From: a virus
Reading direction: 5' to 3' (one strand)
Length of the DNA: 64,000 nucleotides
Virus record (IMG/VR): IMGVR_UViG_3300032299_001203
Location: 1-64,000 of that record
Under the pieces are notes generated by a model. The model made no database searches and was not told the DNA's origin. It saw only the letters and a program-made list of their open reading frames with translations. Both the position numbers and the translations under genes were made by a program. This document shows, in pieces, positions 17,406-27,685 of this stretch; position 1 is the stretch's first letter; the number at the start of each line of letters is the position of its first letter.

Positions 17406-18952
17406 GTTGATCTAGCTTTCTTAATCAGAGGATTCGTGTCATCTTCTTTTTCGGGGTCTTTATCTGATACTGTTTTGTTATTTACATTGGTATTATTTAC
17501 ACTTTTGTTAATCACTGGAGATTGTTGCATTGATTTTTTTAATCCCATGTTTTCTTTTGTGTCGGAGTCAATTTTATTACCAGTTGATACAGATGGTACA
17601 ACACTTGATTTGTTACCTTGCATATTTTTTAATCTATCAGCATCTAATGCAGCACCCACCTGCTCTGGTGAATTGTGTGCTACGTTACCGCCTATGCCAG
17701 AGTAATAAGAATCACCTTTTCTTAATTTTTTCTTACCAACATCCATGTCATAGGGTATGCCAACCGAAGCAAACTCTTTAGCCAATTCTAATATAGCACC
17801 ATCACGGTCATCACTTTGGCCTTTCACATATGCATCTACTTTTTTTCTTCTTTGTCCAACAAGACCATTGGTAAAAAGTAAATCTTGAGTGGCTGAATCC
17901 AAATATGTTGTATCAGGATCTATTTTTAATTGTTTAATTAAATCTTTCATTGTTGTTGGAATTATTTGATACTTACCAACAGCAAAAAGCCTGTCTGGAT
18001 CACCTTGTTTTAATTCACCCCGTCTTAAAAATTCAGAGATGGTCATTTTACTGAAATCAATTGGTTTATCCGAAGGTATCATTCTGTTACCCACAGTACC
18101 TTTGTTGTAAGCATTATAACCAGCTTTACCACTTTCATATTTCGAAATATTGGCCGCAAGAGATTCTTTACCAATTAAAGCGGCAGTACCAGCAATTGCA
18201 CCGCCGGCCAATATCGCTACTCCACCAATCTTACCTGCCGTGGGCGGTTTAGGCGCTGGCGCAACAGGAGGTTTTGCTGTTGGTGTTGGCTTGGGTGTAG
18301 GTGCTGGTGCAGTAGGAGTTGGTTGTGGTGCGGGTACTGTTGGTTTAGTTACTTCTTTAGGTGGTGTAACTGGTTCTTCTTTTGGTTTACCTAATTGATC
18401 CGTTTTCTTTTTTTCTTGGCCAACTTTTTTATTGGCATCATCTAATTTTTTTGTTTGTTTTCTTGTTACTTTTGGTTTTTTTCTTGCAGTCAATGCTTCA
18501 ATCAAAGCTTGATTTCTGCGATCTTCTTCAAACTCACTTTCTTCTTTTTGTCTTTGCCTTTCGTCCAATTCCAATTTTCTGTCATTTTCAATTTTCATTA
18601 ATAAATTATAAATTTGGCCAAGATATTGAGCAAACTGGCTAGAATTTTGAACTGGAGAATTTTTTAGATTTGCAAACTCACGTTTTTTCTTGCCAGTAAA
18701 GAAACCAATATCTTGTTTATTTCTTCCTGTTAAAGCACCAAGTAAGGCGGGAGCAAATTTAGAACCGCCAGTTACAACTCTGGCAATGTTTAATGGATCG
18801 AATCGCTGTTTGATGCCTGTAAAGGTTGCTTTTGTTCTGTCAGAAATAGAACTTCCAATAGCCGCACCCGTGCCCATACCAGATGATAACCTTTCGGTCA
18901 TCATTGACATTAAACCTTTTTTTCTGATGTCTTTAGCTTTGTAATAGTCCAT
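17402..18952 (-). CDS. tail hub/tape-measure-like protein with lysozyme-like domain
   Basis: Pro-rich linker, then ISKYESG..YNAYN..AVGKYQIIP.T..QD.L..LAKEFAS. Confidence 0.7.
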   Translation of the reverse strand: MDYYKAKDIRKKGLMSMMTERLSSGMGTGAAIGSSISDRTKATFTGIKQRFDPLNIARVVTGGSKFAPALLGALTGRNKQDIGFFTGKKKREFANLKNSPVQNSSQFAQYLGQIYNLLMKIENDRKLELDERQRQKEESEFEEDRRNQALIEALTARKKPKVTRKQTKKLDDANKKVGQEKKKTDQLGKPKEEPVTPPKEVTKPTVPAPQPTPTAPAPTPKPTPTAKPPVAPAPKPPTAGKIGGVAILAGGAIAGTAALIGKESLAANISKYESGKAGYNAYNKGTVGNRMIPSDKPIDFSKMTISEFLRRGELKQGDPDRLFAVGKYQIIPTTMKDLIKQLKIDPDTTYLDSATQDLLFTNGLVGQRRKKVDAYVKGQSDDRDGAILELAKEFASVGIPYDMDVGKKKLRKGDSYYSGIGGNVAHNSPEQVGAALDADRLKNMQGNKSSVVPSVSTGNKIDSDTKENMGLKKSMQQSPVINKSVNNTNVNNKTVSDKDPEKEDDTNPLIKKARST

Positions 18953-18955
18953 TTA

Positions 18956-19150
18956 CTATTTTCTTTGTTTCTCTCGTATCTTTTGGTTTTCTTCTTCAAT
19001 ATACGCAATCAACATAGAAACGTAAATGTCACGTTCCCAAGGCATCATATTTTCAAGCTCTGACAAACTATATTTGTGGTGTTGTATCAATGAAAAGTTT
19101 GTCTTGTAATAATTACTCAGATTGTCATGACGAAAAATTAGCCGAAAAAA
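18956..19150 (-). CDS. gp51: baseplate hub assembly protein; no ATG before its conserved part, likely reached by -1 frameshift from gp26
   Basis: frame reads FFRLIFRHDNLSNYYKTNFSLIQHHKYSLSELENMMPWERDIYVSMLIAYIEEENQKIREKQRK*. Confidence 0.8.
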   Translation of the reverse strand, partial: FFRLIFRHDNLSNYYKTNFSLIQHHKYSLSELENMMPWERDIYVSMLIAYIEEENQKIREKQRK

Positions 19151-19863
19151 CTTTCAAGGCCTTCCACATCTATCTTATGATGAAACCCACACTTTGAGCA
19201 ATCAATTTCAATTATTTCTTTTAGTTTTGGTAAATTATTAAAAAATTCTTCTACCTTAGCAAACTGAGCCTGATTCATGCCTTCAACAAATTCTAACATT
19301 TCACCTGGTTGAGCTTCGTTTCCGTAATAAAATTGTTCACCATCGTAAATATATTCAATTGAATTGGCAATCATATTGAAGGTGGTTTCTGTAATATTTT
19401 CATACTTAATGGAATCTTGTACGATACTAAATTCTGGATACTTTAATTTAATAGAAATTGTATCCGTTAATTTAATCTCGTCTGAAATGGTTTCATCTCT
19501 TTGAACTTTTAAATCAAGTAGATTGATATCTTTTTCCATTAAATTGCCACACATTTTACCATCTACTTCATTATTACATTTGTATTTTGATTCAACAATC
19601 TCACCTACTGACTTGGCACGAAGGTTGACAAAATAATATTCAACATCTATAATTGGCAATTTTTCAATATCGACACCCTCTGTCAATGTACAATTATAAA
19701 GAATATCTTTTACGTTTTGGTGAATCGTGGAAGTTTCATTGGATTCAATGGCCATTAATAAATTTCTTTGTTCTTTAACTAAAAATGGTCTGTATTTAAT
19801 TTTCTTTTTTGATAGTGGCAATTCTATTTCATATGTTGGCACGTCAAGTTTTGGTAAAGCCAT
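19138..19863 (-). CDS. gp26: baseplate hub assembly protein
   Basis: MALPKL..PTYE..LP...IKYRPFLVKE, LRAKSVGE, CSKCG, GLESFF; AAGGAG RBS. Confidence 0.9.
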   Translation of the reverse strand: MALPKLDVPTYEIELPLSKKKIKYRPFLVKEQRNLLMAIESNETSTIHQNVKDILYNCTLTEGVDIEKLPIIDVEYYFVNLRAKSVGEIVESKYKCNNEVDGKMCGNLMEKDINLLDLKVQRDETISDEIKLTDTISIKLKYPEFSIVQDSIKYENITETTFNMIANSIEYIYDGEQFYYGNEAQPGEMLEFVEGMNQAQFAKVEEFFNNLPKLKEIIEIDCSKCGFHHKIDVEGLESFFG

Positions 19864-19883
19864 AATTTATCTCCTTAATAAAA

Positions 19884-20552
19884 TCACTTAAAAATACTAC
19901 GTTGTATGTTGTTCACGATTGATTGACCAGCTGAGCTTACAGCACCTTGAGCATTTCCACCTAATCCACCAACAACATCTGAGAAGTTGGCGAGACCAGC
20001 ATCTACCAATTCCATACCAAACGATTGTAGAGAATTGTTATTCCAACGGGTGTATGCAAAAGTTACTGAAAGTTTATGTGGATTATCCGATGACCAATCT
20101 AAATCTAATTGGTTCATTGAAATTGGAAAAGCATCAAACAAATTAATTGAATATGATACTTTATTTTCTACATCATATTGATTAATTTTTATTGTTGTGG
20201 CATAATCACTTTTGTACCTAAAATTATAATTGTATGTTGGATTGATAAAATTCATCCAAGCATCAAGAAATATTTTTTGTTGCATGTCGCCATCAACAAT
20301 AAAAGTCAAATCAATATCATTGTATCCAGTTAGATATGGATACTTTTCAACAGGATTTGATCCAATTTTTTGTTCTACGGTCATTAAACTTCTGCCAGGT
20401 AAATTGGCATTTTCACAACGATATACCAAATTTCTAGCCGATTTGATGTATGGTATCAAAGTTAAAGGAATAGGAATGTTTACATCAAACCTGTTTGCTC
20501 TTGCTAGGTCTTTTGTAAAACTTGATTTAAATTCGTTGATGGTACCTGGCAT
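19884..20552 (-). CDS. gp54: tail tube initiator / tube-like protein
   Basis: LARANRFDV, CE..NLPG, AFPI....LDW, V.FAY..W. Confidence 0.7.
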   Translation of the reverse strand: MPGTINEFKSSFTKDLARANRFDVNIPIPLTLIPYIKSARNLVYRCENANLPGRSLMTVEQKIGSNPVEKYPYLTGYNDIDLTFIVDGDMQQKIFLDAWMNFINPTYNYNFRYKSDYATTIKINQYDVENKVSYSINLFDAFPISMNQLDLDWSSDNPHKLSVTFAYTRWNNNSLQSFGMELVDAGLANFSDVVGGLGGNAQGAVSSAGQSIVNNIQRSIFK

Positions 20553-21149
20553 TTAATTCTTCCTTATTTCGTTTAATGAATCTTGCCAAACTTCATTTAC
20601 TGTAGCCTTTTTAAACTGTTGAATTGGCAAGTATGCCGCAATATCCCACTCATTTGGCTGCACGGCAAGTATTTTTGACTGAATGTGACCATACAAATAC
20701 TTCTTCAAACATGGCCGAAACTCTCTATAACGCTTGGAGGCGTTTAAAATATCGTAGCTGACTCTCATACGCATAATGTCATTATTGCCGTCAAGGATGG
20801 CGTAATCCATCAATTTATCCAAAAGTGTAATTCGGTATTTTACCGGTAGATAATGTAGGTTCAAACCAAGAAAACCATCTTCATATCGTTCTAGCACTAA
20901 AACCAAAGGAAAACGGTCATAATATGGTATGTCTTTTTTTGTTTTGGGATCGTAATAAAAGTAATATAACCCACCAGTTACAAAACGATTTCTTTTTCTA
21001 AAAGCTTCGTTATTGATTATCGAGGCTATTCCAGAAGGATTTCTTAATTCAGCAATCTTCATGGTTAACCATTTAAGAGAATCACGGCTCATTACTTGTA
21101 ATTGAGCAGATGTTCTTTCTTTGGCTAGTTGTGTAAGTTTGGATCCCAT
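20553..21149 (-). CDS. gp2: DNA end protector
   Basis: YDPKTK..PYYDRFPLV, GLNLHYLP, CLKKYL..H; ACTAAATA late-like box at 21155-21162 (-). Confidence 0.92.
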   Translation of the reverse strand: MGSKLTQLAKERTSAQLQVMSRDSLKWLTMKIAELRNPSGIASIINNEAFRKRNRFVTGGLYYFYYDPKTKKDIPYYDRFPLVLVLERYEDGFLGLNLHYLPVKYRITLLDKLMDYAILDGNNDIMRMRVSYDILNASKRYREFRPCLKKYLYGHIQSKILAVQPNEWDIAAYLPIQQFKKATVNEVWQDSLNEIRKN

Positions 21150-21162
21150 TGTATTATTTAGT

Positions 21163-21597
21163 CTATAGTCCTAGATGTTCTTCCGTTATAAGCTTAAACT
21201 CCCAGCCACGGTCCAAACAATATTCCGTTGCCGCTTTCCATTTAGCTTGATTGATACCATAAGTTACTACTTCATTTATGTATTGCTTTGTTAATCTTTT
21301 TTTAGGTTCGGGTGTGATTGTTTGTTTTTTAGGTTTAACCTCAAGTAACATGGTTTTTAAGATTCCATTTCTAGTCCGAACTTTAACCAAAAAATCTGGA
21401 AAGTAACGGTGCCACAGACCATCTTTTGGAGATTTATAAGGAATGATCAATTCTTCTGATGCCCATGATATAATGTCTGGATTTTTGTCGAGCCAATTCA
21501 TCATTTTACACTCCCATGAGGAGCGATAAATGATATTATTAGGATCTCCAACGTATTTTTGGGGATTAGAAGGTGTAAAACGTCCATTATAAGCCAT
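21163..21597 (-). CDS. gp4: head completion nuclease (TnsA-like)
   Basis: KY.GDP.NIIYRSSWE, WASEE..IPY, HRYFPDF, EVKP, NQAKWKAA. Confidence 0.93.
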   Translation of the reverse strand: MAYNGRFTPSNPQKYVGDPNNIIYRSSWECKMMNWLDKNPDIISWASEELIIPYKSPKDGLWHRYFPDFLVKVRTRNGILKTMLLEVKPKKQTITPEPKKRLTKQYINEVVTYGINQAKWKAATEYCLDRGWEFKLITEEHLGL

Positions 21598-21604
21598 ATA
21601 AATA
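21597..21604 (+). promoter_or_regulatory. T4-type late promoter TATAAATA
   Basis: exact consensus about 30 nt upstream of ATG 21634. Confidence 0.8.
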
Positions 21605-21633
21605 CTATGTATAACTTTTTTACAGAGGATCCA

Positions 21634-22629
21634 ATGGCCATCATTTCCATACCAAATTCCATAGGTGGAGTTTCTATACCTGGAGCCTTAGTTGACGGCC
21701 CCTTAGGTACTTTATTTGGAAATAAATTTGGTCGAACCGATCTACAATACCCTAGAGATTTACAAACATCTACAAGAGGTCATGTTGTTGTATTTAACGT
21801 TAATGAAATAACTCCAGCAACATATGAAAGTGTAAAAAGTAGTTTTATTAAAGGCAAAGATAAACTGGTTGGTGCTGTTAGTAACGCCGGCAGTTCTTTG
21901 GAATCAGGATGGAATGCTGCTACATCATACATTGATGATGTCAGAAAAGGAAAAATATCACTCGAAGGCGAATTAGACAAATCAGTTAAAGGCTTAAAAG
22001 ATTTTTTAGGTAATGAAAGTATTAATATTAAAAATCCAACAAAAAAAGCCGTAGCTTCAATATCATTGTACATACCTGACACCATGGCTTTTAGTTATTC
22101 TGCTGAATATGGTCGATTGAGCTTGGTTGATGCCGCTTCTCAGGTTCCTGGTATAGGAAAAGCAGTCGGTGCAATTGCTTCTATTGCTAATAGTGGCCCA
22201 GCTCGTTTGTTAGCCAAAGGCGCTGGCTATGCTTTTAACCCACAACAACAATTGCTATTTGATGGTATTGATTTTAGAACATATCAGATGGCGTTTACAT
22301 TCACACCATATTCCAAAAAAGAAGCAGAAACGGTTGCAAAAATTATAAAAATGTTTAAAACTCATGCTGCACCAAGATTGGCAGAAGGCACAGCAGGCAT
22401 GTTTTTTGTTCCTCCCTCAACATTTAATTTAGATTTCTTATTCAATGGTAAAAGAAATTCTAATGTTGGAAGAGTCGCAGAGAGTGTTATTGAAAGTATT
22501 GATGTAAACTATTCTCCTAATGGATTTTCAACTTTTGGCGATGGTGCTCCAGTTCAAACAACATTAACTTTAAACTTTAAAGAAATTGAACTTATCACAA
22601 GAGAAAAAATAGAAAAAGAAGGTTACTAA
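21634..22629 (+). CDS. gp48: baseplate tail-tube cap
   Basis: LQYP.DL, ISLYIPD, NPQQQLLFDGIDFR, L.FKEIE; start moved to ATG 21634 (AGAGGA RBS, late promoter). Confidence 0.85.
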   Translation: MAIISIPNSIGGVSIPGALVDGPLGTLFGNKFGRTDLQYPRDLQTSTRGHVVVFNVNEITPATYESVKSSFIKGKDKLVGAVSNAGSSLESGWNAATSYIDDVRKGKISLEGELDKSVKGLKDFLGNESINIKNPTKKAVASISLYIPDTMAFSYSAEYGRLSLVDAASQVPGIGKAVGAIASIANSGPARLLAKGAGYAFNPQQQLLFDGIDFRTYQMAFTFTPYSKKEAETVAKIIKMFKTHAAPRLAEGTAGMFFVPPSTFNLDFLFNGKRNSNVGRVAESVIESIDVNYSPNGFSTFGDGAPVQTTLTLNFKEIELITREKIEKEGY

Positions 22630-23222
22630 TGCAATATTTCGATACGTTACCTAAAATTATTAAAACTGATACAAATGGTAATTCATCACTAATGGTGAAT
22701 TTGATGGCAAGGTGTAGTGTTATTCCAGAAATACTTAAAAATCCTTTAGTATATTATTCTTATGATGTACAAGAAGGTGACACTCCTGAAATTATTGCTT
22801 ATAAGTATTATGGTAATTCGTATCGTTATTGGATTGTTTTGTATGTTAATGAGATTATGGATCCGCAATGGCAATGGCCAATGCAGTCGAGTGTTTTTGA
22901 ATCTTATGTTTCCGATAAGTATAATTTTAATGCCAAAGCTACTACTCATCACTATGAAAAAATAATCACAAAAGTTGATTCGGGAACAAACACAACAACA
23001 ATAGATAATTATATTATTGACCAAGAATCTTATAATAGTTTACAAACTGGAACATTTGAACGTAGTGTGGCAACTGGTCAATTTAGTATAACCACAAGCC
23101 GAAAAATTGTTTCTTATTATGATTATGAATATGATTTAAATGAATCGTATAGAAATATAAAATTATTAAATTCAATTTACGTTGGTGAACTTGAAAAACA
23201 ATTTAAAAAATTAATGGCTTAA
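22629..23222 (+). CDS. gp53: baseplate wedge protein
   Basis: YF..LP, GDTPEIIAYKYYG...YWIVL..N, WP, YE..LNE..R.IKLL. Confidence 0.9.
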   Translation: MQYFDTLPKIIKTDTNGNSSLMVNLMARCSVIPEILKNPLVYYSYDVQEGDTPEIIAYKYYGNSYRYWIVLYVNEIMDPQWQWPMQSSVFESYVSDKYNFNAKATTHHYEKIITKVDSGTNTTTIDNYIIDQESYNSLQTGTFERSVATGQFSITTSRKIVSYYDYEYDLNESYRNIKLLNSIYVGELEKQFKKLMA

Positions 23223-23223
23223 T

Positions 23224-24600
23224 ATGGCAGAGTTTGATCAATCGTCTTTAAATGTAGAATCTCCTGGTGCGTATTATGCACAAGATTACTCCTTAGAAAC
23301 TTTAAATTTTTTAACAGCCAGTGGCCAACGATTTGAATTAAAGCGTTTAATGATTGATATGTCCTATTATGAGGACCTTTATAGTTTTACAGCCTCAGGT
23401 TATGTTACAGTAACAGATTCTCAAGGATTCATTGAACTTTTTCAATTAACAGGTAATGAATTCATTGAAGTTAATTTTGGTAAAGTAAAAAATGGATCAA
23501 ATAACAATGATCAACTATTTCGAGTGTATAAAGTTGGCGGCAAAAAGCCTGCAGGAAATTTAAATACTGAAACATATACATTATATTTCTGTTCAGAAGA
23601 ATTGTTATTATCTGAACAAATTAAAATTAGCAAATCGTATGTTGGCCAAAAAATATCTGGTATTGTAGAAAATATATTAATTGATAAATTAAAGGTGCCT
23701 AATAACAAAATTAATAACATTGAATCGACAACTGGTTTATATGATTTTGTTATACCTCGACTAAAACCATTTGAAGCAATTAGTTGGTTGTCAACATACG
23801 CCAGACCAGCCAACAATGGTTCTGTTGGTGCCGATATGTTATTCTTTGAAACAAAAGATGGATTCAATTATAGGTCATTACAGTCTATGTTCAAAGAAGA
23901 ACCATATGCTACCTACAAATATCAGGCACAAAATATTGACATGGACAAACAATCTTTTAAAGAAAAAACAATAAGCGTTTTGGATTATGAATTTGTTAAA
24001 ACCTATGATTCAGTAAACGAAATAAGCTCTGGTACTTTTGCAAACAGGTTAATCTCAATTGACCCATTAACAAGGTCATACAAAGTGACTGATTTTGACT
24101 ATTTGAAATATAAGAACCAAGCAGTTACATTGAATGAAGGTGAAGTCAGTAATGCTTTAAAAAATAGGTTAGGTTTAACTCAATATGAAACATATGATGC
24201 AACACTAAAAGTGGCTTTGTCGAATGCTGGACAAAATGAAGCCACTTACTTTAAAGAAATACCAGGATCGGTTGCAAAAAATATTGCAATAGAAACGTAT
24301 TTACCAAACAGAACAGCACAAATAGCTTTGGCAAATTATACTGTTGTAAAGTTAACGATACCTGGTGATCCAGGTTTAACAGTAGGTAGAACAATCGAAT
24401 TTAATTTAATGTCGTTAAAACCAGAAACAAATGAAAAACAATTAGATAAATTTTATTCAGGCAAATATTTGGTTACAGCAGTTCGGCATATCATACAGCC
24501 AAATAAATATCAAACAGTTCTTGAAATTAGTAAAGATAGTGTACCAAATAATTATCAAGAGATAGATCAAACGGCGTTTAAAGAAGCGGTGGCAGAATGA
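23224..24600 (+). CDS. baseplate hub protein (gp27-like)
   Basis: YYEDL...SG...DS, P..KPF, FFET, IPGDPGLTVG, SGKYLVTAVRH. Confidence 0.75.
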   Translation: MAEFDQSSLNVESPGAYYAQDYSLETLNFLTASGQRFELKRLMIDMSYYEDLYSFTASGYVTVTDSQGFIELFQLTGNEFIEVNFGKVKNGSNNNDQLFRVYKVGGKKPAGNLNTETYTLYFCSEELLLSEQIKISKSYVGQKISGIVENILIDKLKVPNNKINNIESTTGLYDFVIPRLKPFEAISWLSTYARPANNGSVGADMLFFETKDGFNYRSLQSMFKEEPYATYKYQAQNIDMDKQSFKEKTISVLDYEFVKTYDSVNEISSGTFANRLISIDPLTRSYKVTDFDYLKYKNQAVTLNEGEVSNALKNRLGLTQYETYDATLKVALSNAGQNEATYFKEIPGSVAKNIAIETYLPNRTAQIALANYTVVKLTIPGDPGLTVGRTIEFNLMSLKPETNEKQLDKFYSGKYLVTAVRHIIQPNKYQTVLEISKDSVPNNYQEIDQTAFKEAVAE

Positions 24601-25532
24601 ACAATTTTATAGGTAAAGATGGATTTAATTGGTGGTACGGTGTAGTAGAAGATGTCAATGATCCAGCCAAATTGGGTCGTGCTAAAGTTCGTATCTTTGG
24701 ACACCACACGGATAATTTGGTAGAATTACCAACAAAAGATTTGCCTTGGGCTGCAGCCGTTAATCCAGTAAATAACTCAAAATCATTTAGTGCACCTAGA
24801 TTAGGTGATTATGTAATGGGTTTCTTTTCAGATGGCACCTCTTCACAGTCGCCAATAATGATGGGTGTTTTTCCTGGTCTTGAAGCCACTCCAAACAAAA
24901 ACAAAGGATTTTCACCGCAAAGTGATTTAAAGCCTGCAACTCCACCCAATGGTCAAGTTCAATATGAAGCAGGTAAACCAACACTTGCACCATTAGCAAG
25001 AGGTGAAGTTGATAAAACAGCCGTATCTCAATCGAATGCCAATTTGGCTCATGTGTGTGATATATCGATAAACATGAAATTTGAAATAGCTAAAATGGCA
25101 TTTAAAACAAGTGAACTAGTTGAACAAATTAGAGCCGCAATTAAAGGCCTTTGGGCTAGTGCATCTTCAAGTCCATTTGCTGATGAAATCAGAAGTGCTG
25201 TAAAAACAATTAAAGCACAAATTAAAGTCGTTCAAAAATTTATTAAAAAAGTACAACAATATGCTGGAGCTGTTAAAGATTTAGTGGATCAACTACAAAA
25301 AATAATTCAATACATTGCAACTTTACCTGCAAGAATAGCTAAGTTTTTACAAGATTGTTTAAAAGAAGCTATTGGTGGCATATCTGGTGCAATTGCTGTA
25401 GGTCAAGAAATTCAAAAAAATATATCAGAAGGAAATGTTTCTTTAGCAAATTCATCAGCCGTTGCAGCAGAAAAAGCTTTGACTGATAAAGAAACTATTG
25501 TACCAATTCAAAATACGATTGTGATGCTATAA
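24597..25532 (+). CDS. gp5: gp5 N-terminal OB-fold part
   Basis: WWYGVVED..DP.KLGR.KVRIFG.H, LPWA, V.GFF.DG...Q.P..MG. Confidence 0.85.
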   Translation: MNNFIGKDGFNWWYGVVEDVNDPAKLGRAKVRIFGHHTDNLVELPTKDLPWAAAVNPVNNSKSFSAPRLGDYVMGFFSDGTSSQSPIMMGVFPGLEATPNKNKGFSPQSDLKPATPPNGQVQYEAGKPTLAPLARGEVDKTAVSQSNANLAHVCDISINMKFEIAKMAFKTSELVEQIRAAIKGLWASASSSPFADEIRSAVKTIKAQIKVVQKFIKKVQQYAGAVKDLVDQLQKIIQYIATLPARIAKFLQDCLKEAIGGISGAIAVGQEIQKNISEGNVSLANSSAVAAEKALTDKETIVPIQNTIVML

Positions 25533-26275
25533 TGGCTGATATGTCATGGACGGAACCGGAATCAGCAGCTAATACTGATTACCAACCAATATATTCTTAT
25601 AACAATATACAACAAACAGAATCAGGTCATTCATTTGAAATGGATGATACTCCAACTCGTGAACGTGTTCGTATACAACACCGTTCAGGTTCGTTTATTG
25701 AAATGCACCCTAATGGTGATGAAGTTCACAGAATTATAGGTAAAGGTTATGAAATTATTGCAAGTGATAAAAATGTTTTAATTAAAGGTATTTGTAATAT
25801 AACAATTGAAGGTGATTCTGCTTTGCATGTAAAAGGTGATGCGTACACACAAGTCGATGGTTCTGTATATCAAAATATTAAAGGTGATGTTAATCAATCT
25901 ATTGCCGGCGATGCAATACAATCGGTTGACGGTGATGTGGAAATAAATTCTTCTGGTGATATTACTCTAGGTGCTTCAACTGTTAATGTCAATGCTGATT
26001 TGTATGTTCGTGGTGATATAGGAACATCTCAATCTGTTCAAGCTGATGGAAATATTACAGCAGGTCTTTCCGTATCTGGTAATAAATCTGTTGAAACTTT
26101 GGGCTATATGTTAGCAGGCACAACAATTGATGCAGGCATTTCAATGTTTGCACCAATGGTTTCAGATATGTTTGGTTCAGTACAAATGTTTAGAATAAAA
26201 GTCAATATGCACACTCACATTGGAAATCGTGGATTCCCAACTTCACCTCCATTAAACGCACCAATGGAAGCATAA
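25532..26275 (+). CDS. gp5: gp5 C-terminal beta-helix spike
   Basis: TESGH.FE.DDTP..ER....HRSG.F.E; V.GD repeats; C-terminal HTH...PTSPP. Confidence 0.85.
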   Translation: MADMSWTEPESAANTDYQPIYSYNNIQQTESGHSFEMDDTPTRERVRIQHRSGSFIEMHPNGDEVHRIIGKGYEIIASDKNVLIKGICNITIEGDSALHVKGDAYTQVDGSVYQNIKGDVNQSIAGDAIQSVDGDVEINSSGDITLGASTVNVNADLYVRGDIGTSQSVQADGNITAGLSVSGNKSVETLGYMLAGTTIDAGISMFAPMVSDMFGSVQMFRIKVNMHTHIGNRGFPTSPPLNAPMEA

Positions 26276-26279
26276 TAAT

Positions 26280-27662
26280 ATGTCCAGTATATACAATAGA
26301 TTAGGATATAATTTTGATACCACCAAATTTGGTGAAGATGTTAATTTAGCTCCTGGTGCAAATAATTTTCTTAATAATTCTTCAATTAATTTGAGTCAAT
26401 GGCAAGTTGATGATATTGCAACATCGACAGCAACAGGTTATTATCAGAATCCTTATTCGTCAGTATTAAGTAATATTACGATTGTCTTAAATGGTATGGC
26501 TACAAACTGTAATACCAGTTCAATAACTTTTAATGTAGCTCCAACTCAAGCAAACACATTATATTCTTCAATTATAAATGCACTAACGGCTGTTTCTGAT
26601 TTTACGACACACACAAATTACATATCTGGTGTTGAACGATCAGCCAATACCGTTTTATATCCAGATTTAAACACTGCACTATCAATTGGTCGACAAGTTT
26701 TAACTTTGACCAATAAAGCAGATCAAACACAAAATAACGTACCAATATTAGGAAGTTTTACAAGTCTTTATATTCGTGACGATATTGATTCGAAAAGTAA
26801 TACAATAATTATAGATTCAAGAACTTTAGGTAATTCTTTGTATGTTGAAGATGGAAATACATACAGTAATATTTCTGTTTCTAGTATTAACACAATTATA
26901 ACGGATGTTAATTCTCTACAAACTTTGTTGGCAACCAGAAGAAACGGAGATATTAATTTTTATCAAAACTCGTTGGCAATTGTAAGAGATTATCAAACTG
27001 TTTTACCTTTTTCTAGTGTTGGTGCTACACAAAATTCTTTATTACAAATAGTTGGTACAACAAAATTAAAAACTGATTTGGCTACAGCAAAACCTTTGGC
27101 TGTAACGTTAAATACTTCGTCTGTATTGTATAGTAATCCATTTGCGTCCGGTTTAACGTCAGGCACAGGAACGGGTACAACAATTGTAACTGGTGGTACA
27201 GGTGGCACAACAACTGGTGGAACAGGATCTTTTACTCTTACGGACACAGGTGTTAGTCCTGGAACTTATGGTTCGGCAAACAGAATTCCTATCATAACCG
27301 TTGATAGATTTGGTCGTATAACTTCTGCTACAGCTTTAGAAGCCGCTGGTGGTGGAGTATCAATTATTCAATTTGACACAACCACAACAGATAAAATTGC
27401 TGTAGATAATTTTGACATCTATACATATCGAAGTGCAAAGTATGAAATACAGATAACTTCTGGTTCTTTTTACCAAGTAATTGAATTAAGAATTATGCAC
27501 AATGGAATTTGTGCTTTTATGACACAATACGGTGAACTTGTAAGTGATGTCACTCTTGGCCAATTTGATGCTGATGTTTCAAACAATGTAGTTAATTTGT
27601 ATTTTCGTCCTACCCAAGCAATAAATACTGTTAAGATGATTAGAAGGTTAATCACAATATAA
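26280..27662 (+). CDS. virion structural protein
   Basis: fibre motif [18 protein letters not shown]; C-terminal [13 protein letters not shown] domain. Confidence 0.7.
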   Translation: MSSIYNRLGYNFDTTKFGEDVNLAPGANNFLNNSSINLSQWQVDDIATSTATGYYQNPYSSVLSNITIVLNGMATNCNTSSITFNVAPTQANTLYSSIINALTAVSDFTTHTNYISGVERSANTVLYPDLNTALSIGRQVLTLTNKADQTQNNVPILGSFTSLYIRDDIDSKSNTIIIDSRTLGNSLYVEDGNTYSNISVSSINTIITDVNSLQTLLATRRNGDINFYQNSLAIVRDYQTVLPFSSVGATQNSLLQIVGTTKLKTDLATAKPLAVTLNTSSVLYSNPFASGLTSGTGTGTTIVTGGTGGTTTGGTGSFTLTDTGVSPGTYGSANRIPIITVDRFGRITSATALEAAGGGVSIIQFDTTTTDKIAVDNFDIYTYRSAKYEIQITSGSFYQVIELRIMHNGICAFMTQYGELVSDVTLGQFDADVSNNVVNLYFRPTQAINTVKMIRRLITI

Positions 27663-27685
27663 TTTTTCAAAAAGGTGATTTTATT

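Noticed and set aside
21163-21597. TnsA-like nuclease as a mobile element
   Set aside because: Motifs and position match the T4 gp4 head completion protein
21559-21633. N-terminal extension of gp48 given by the track
   Set aside because: Overlaps gp4 and starts upstream of the late promoter; ATG 21634 with an RBS is more plausible
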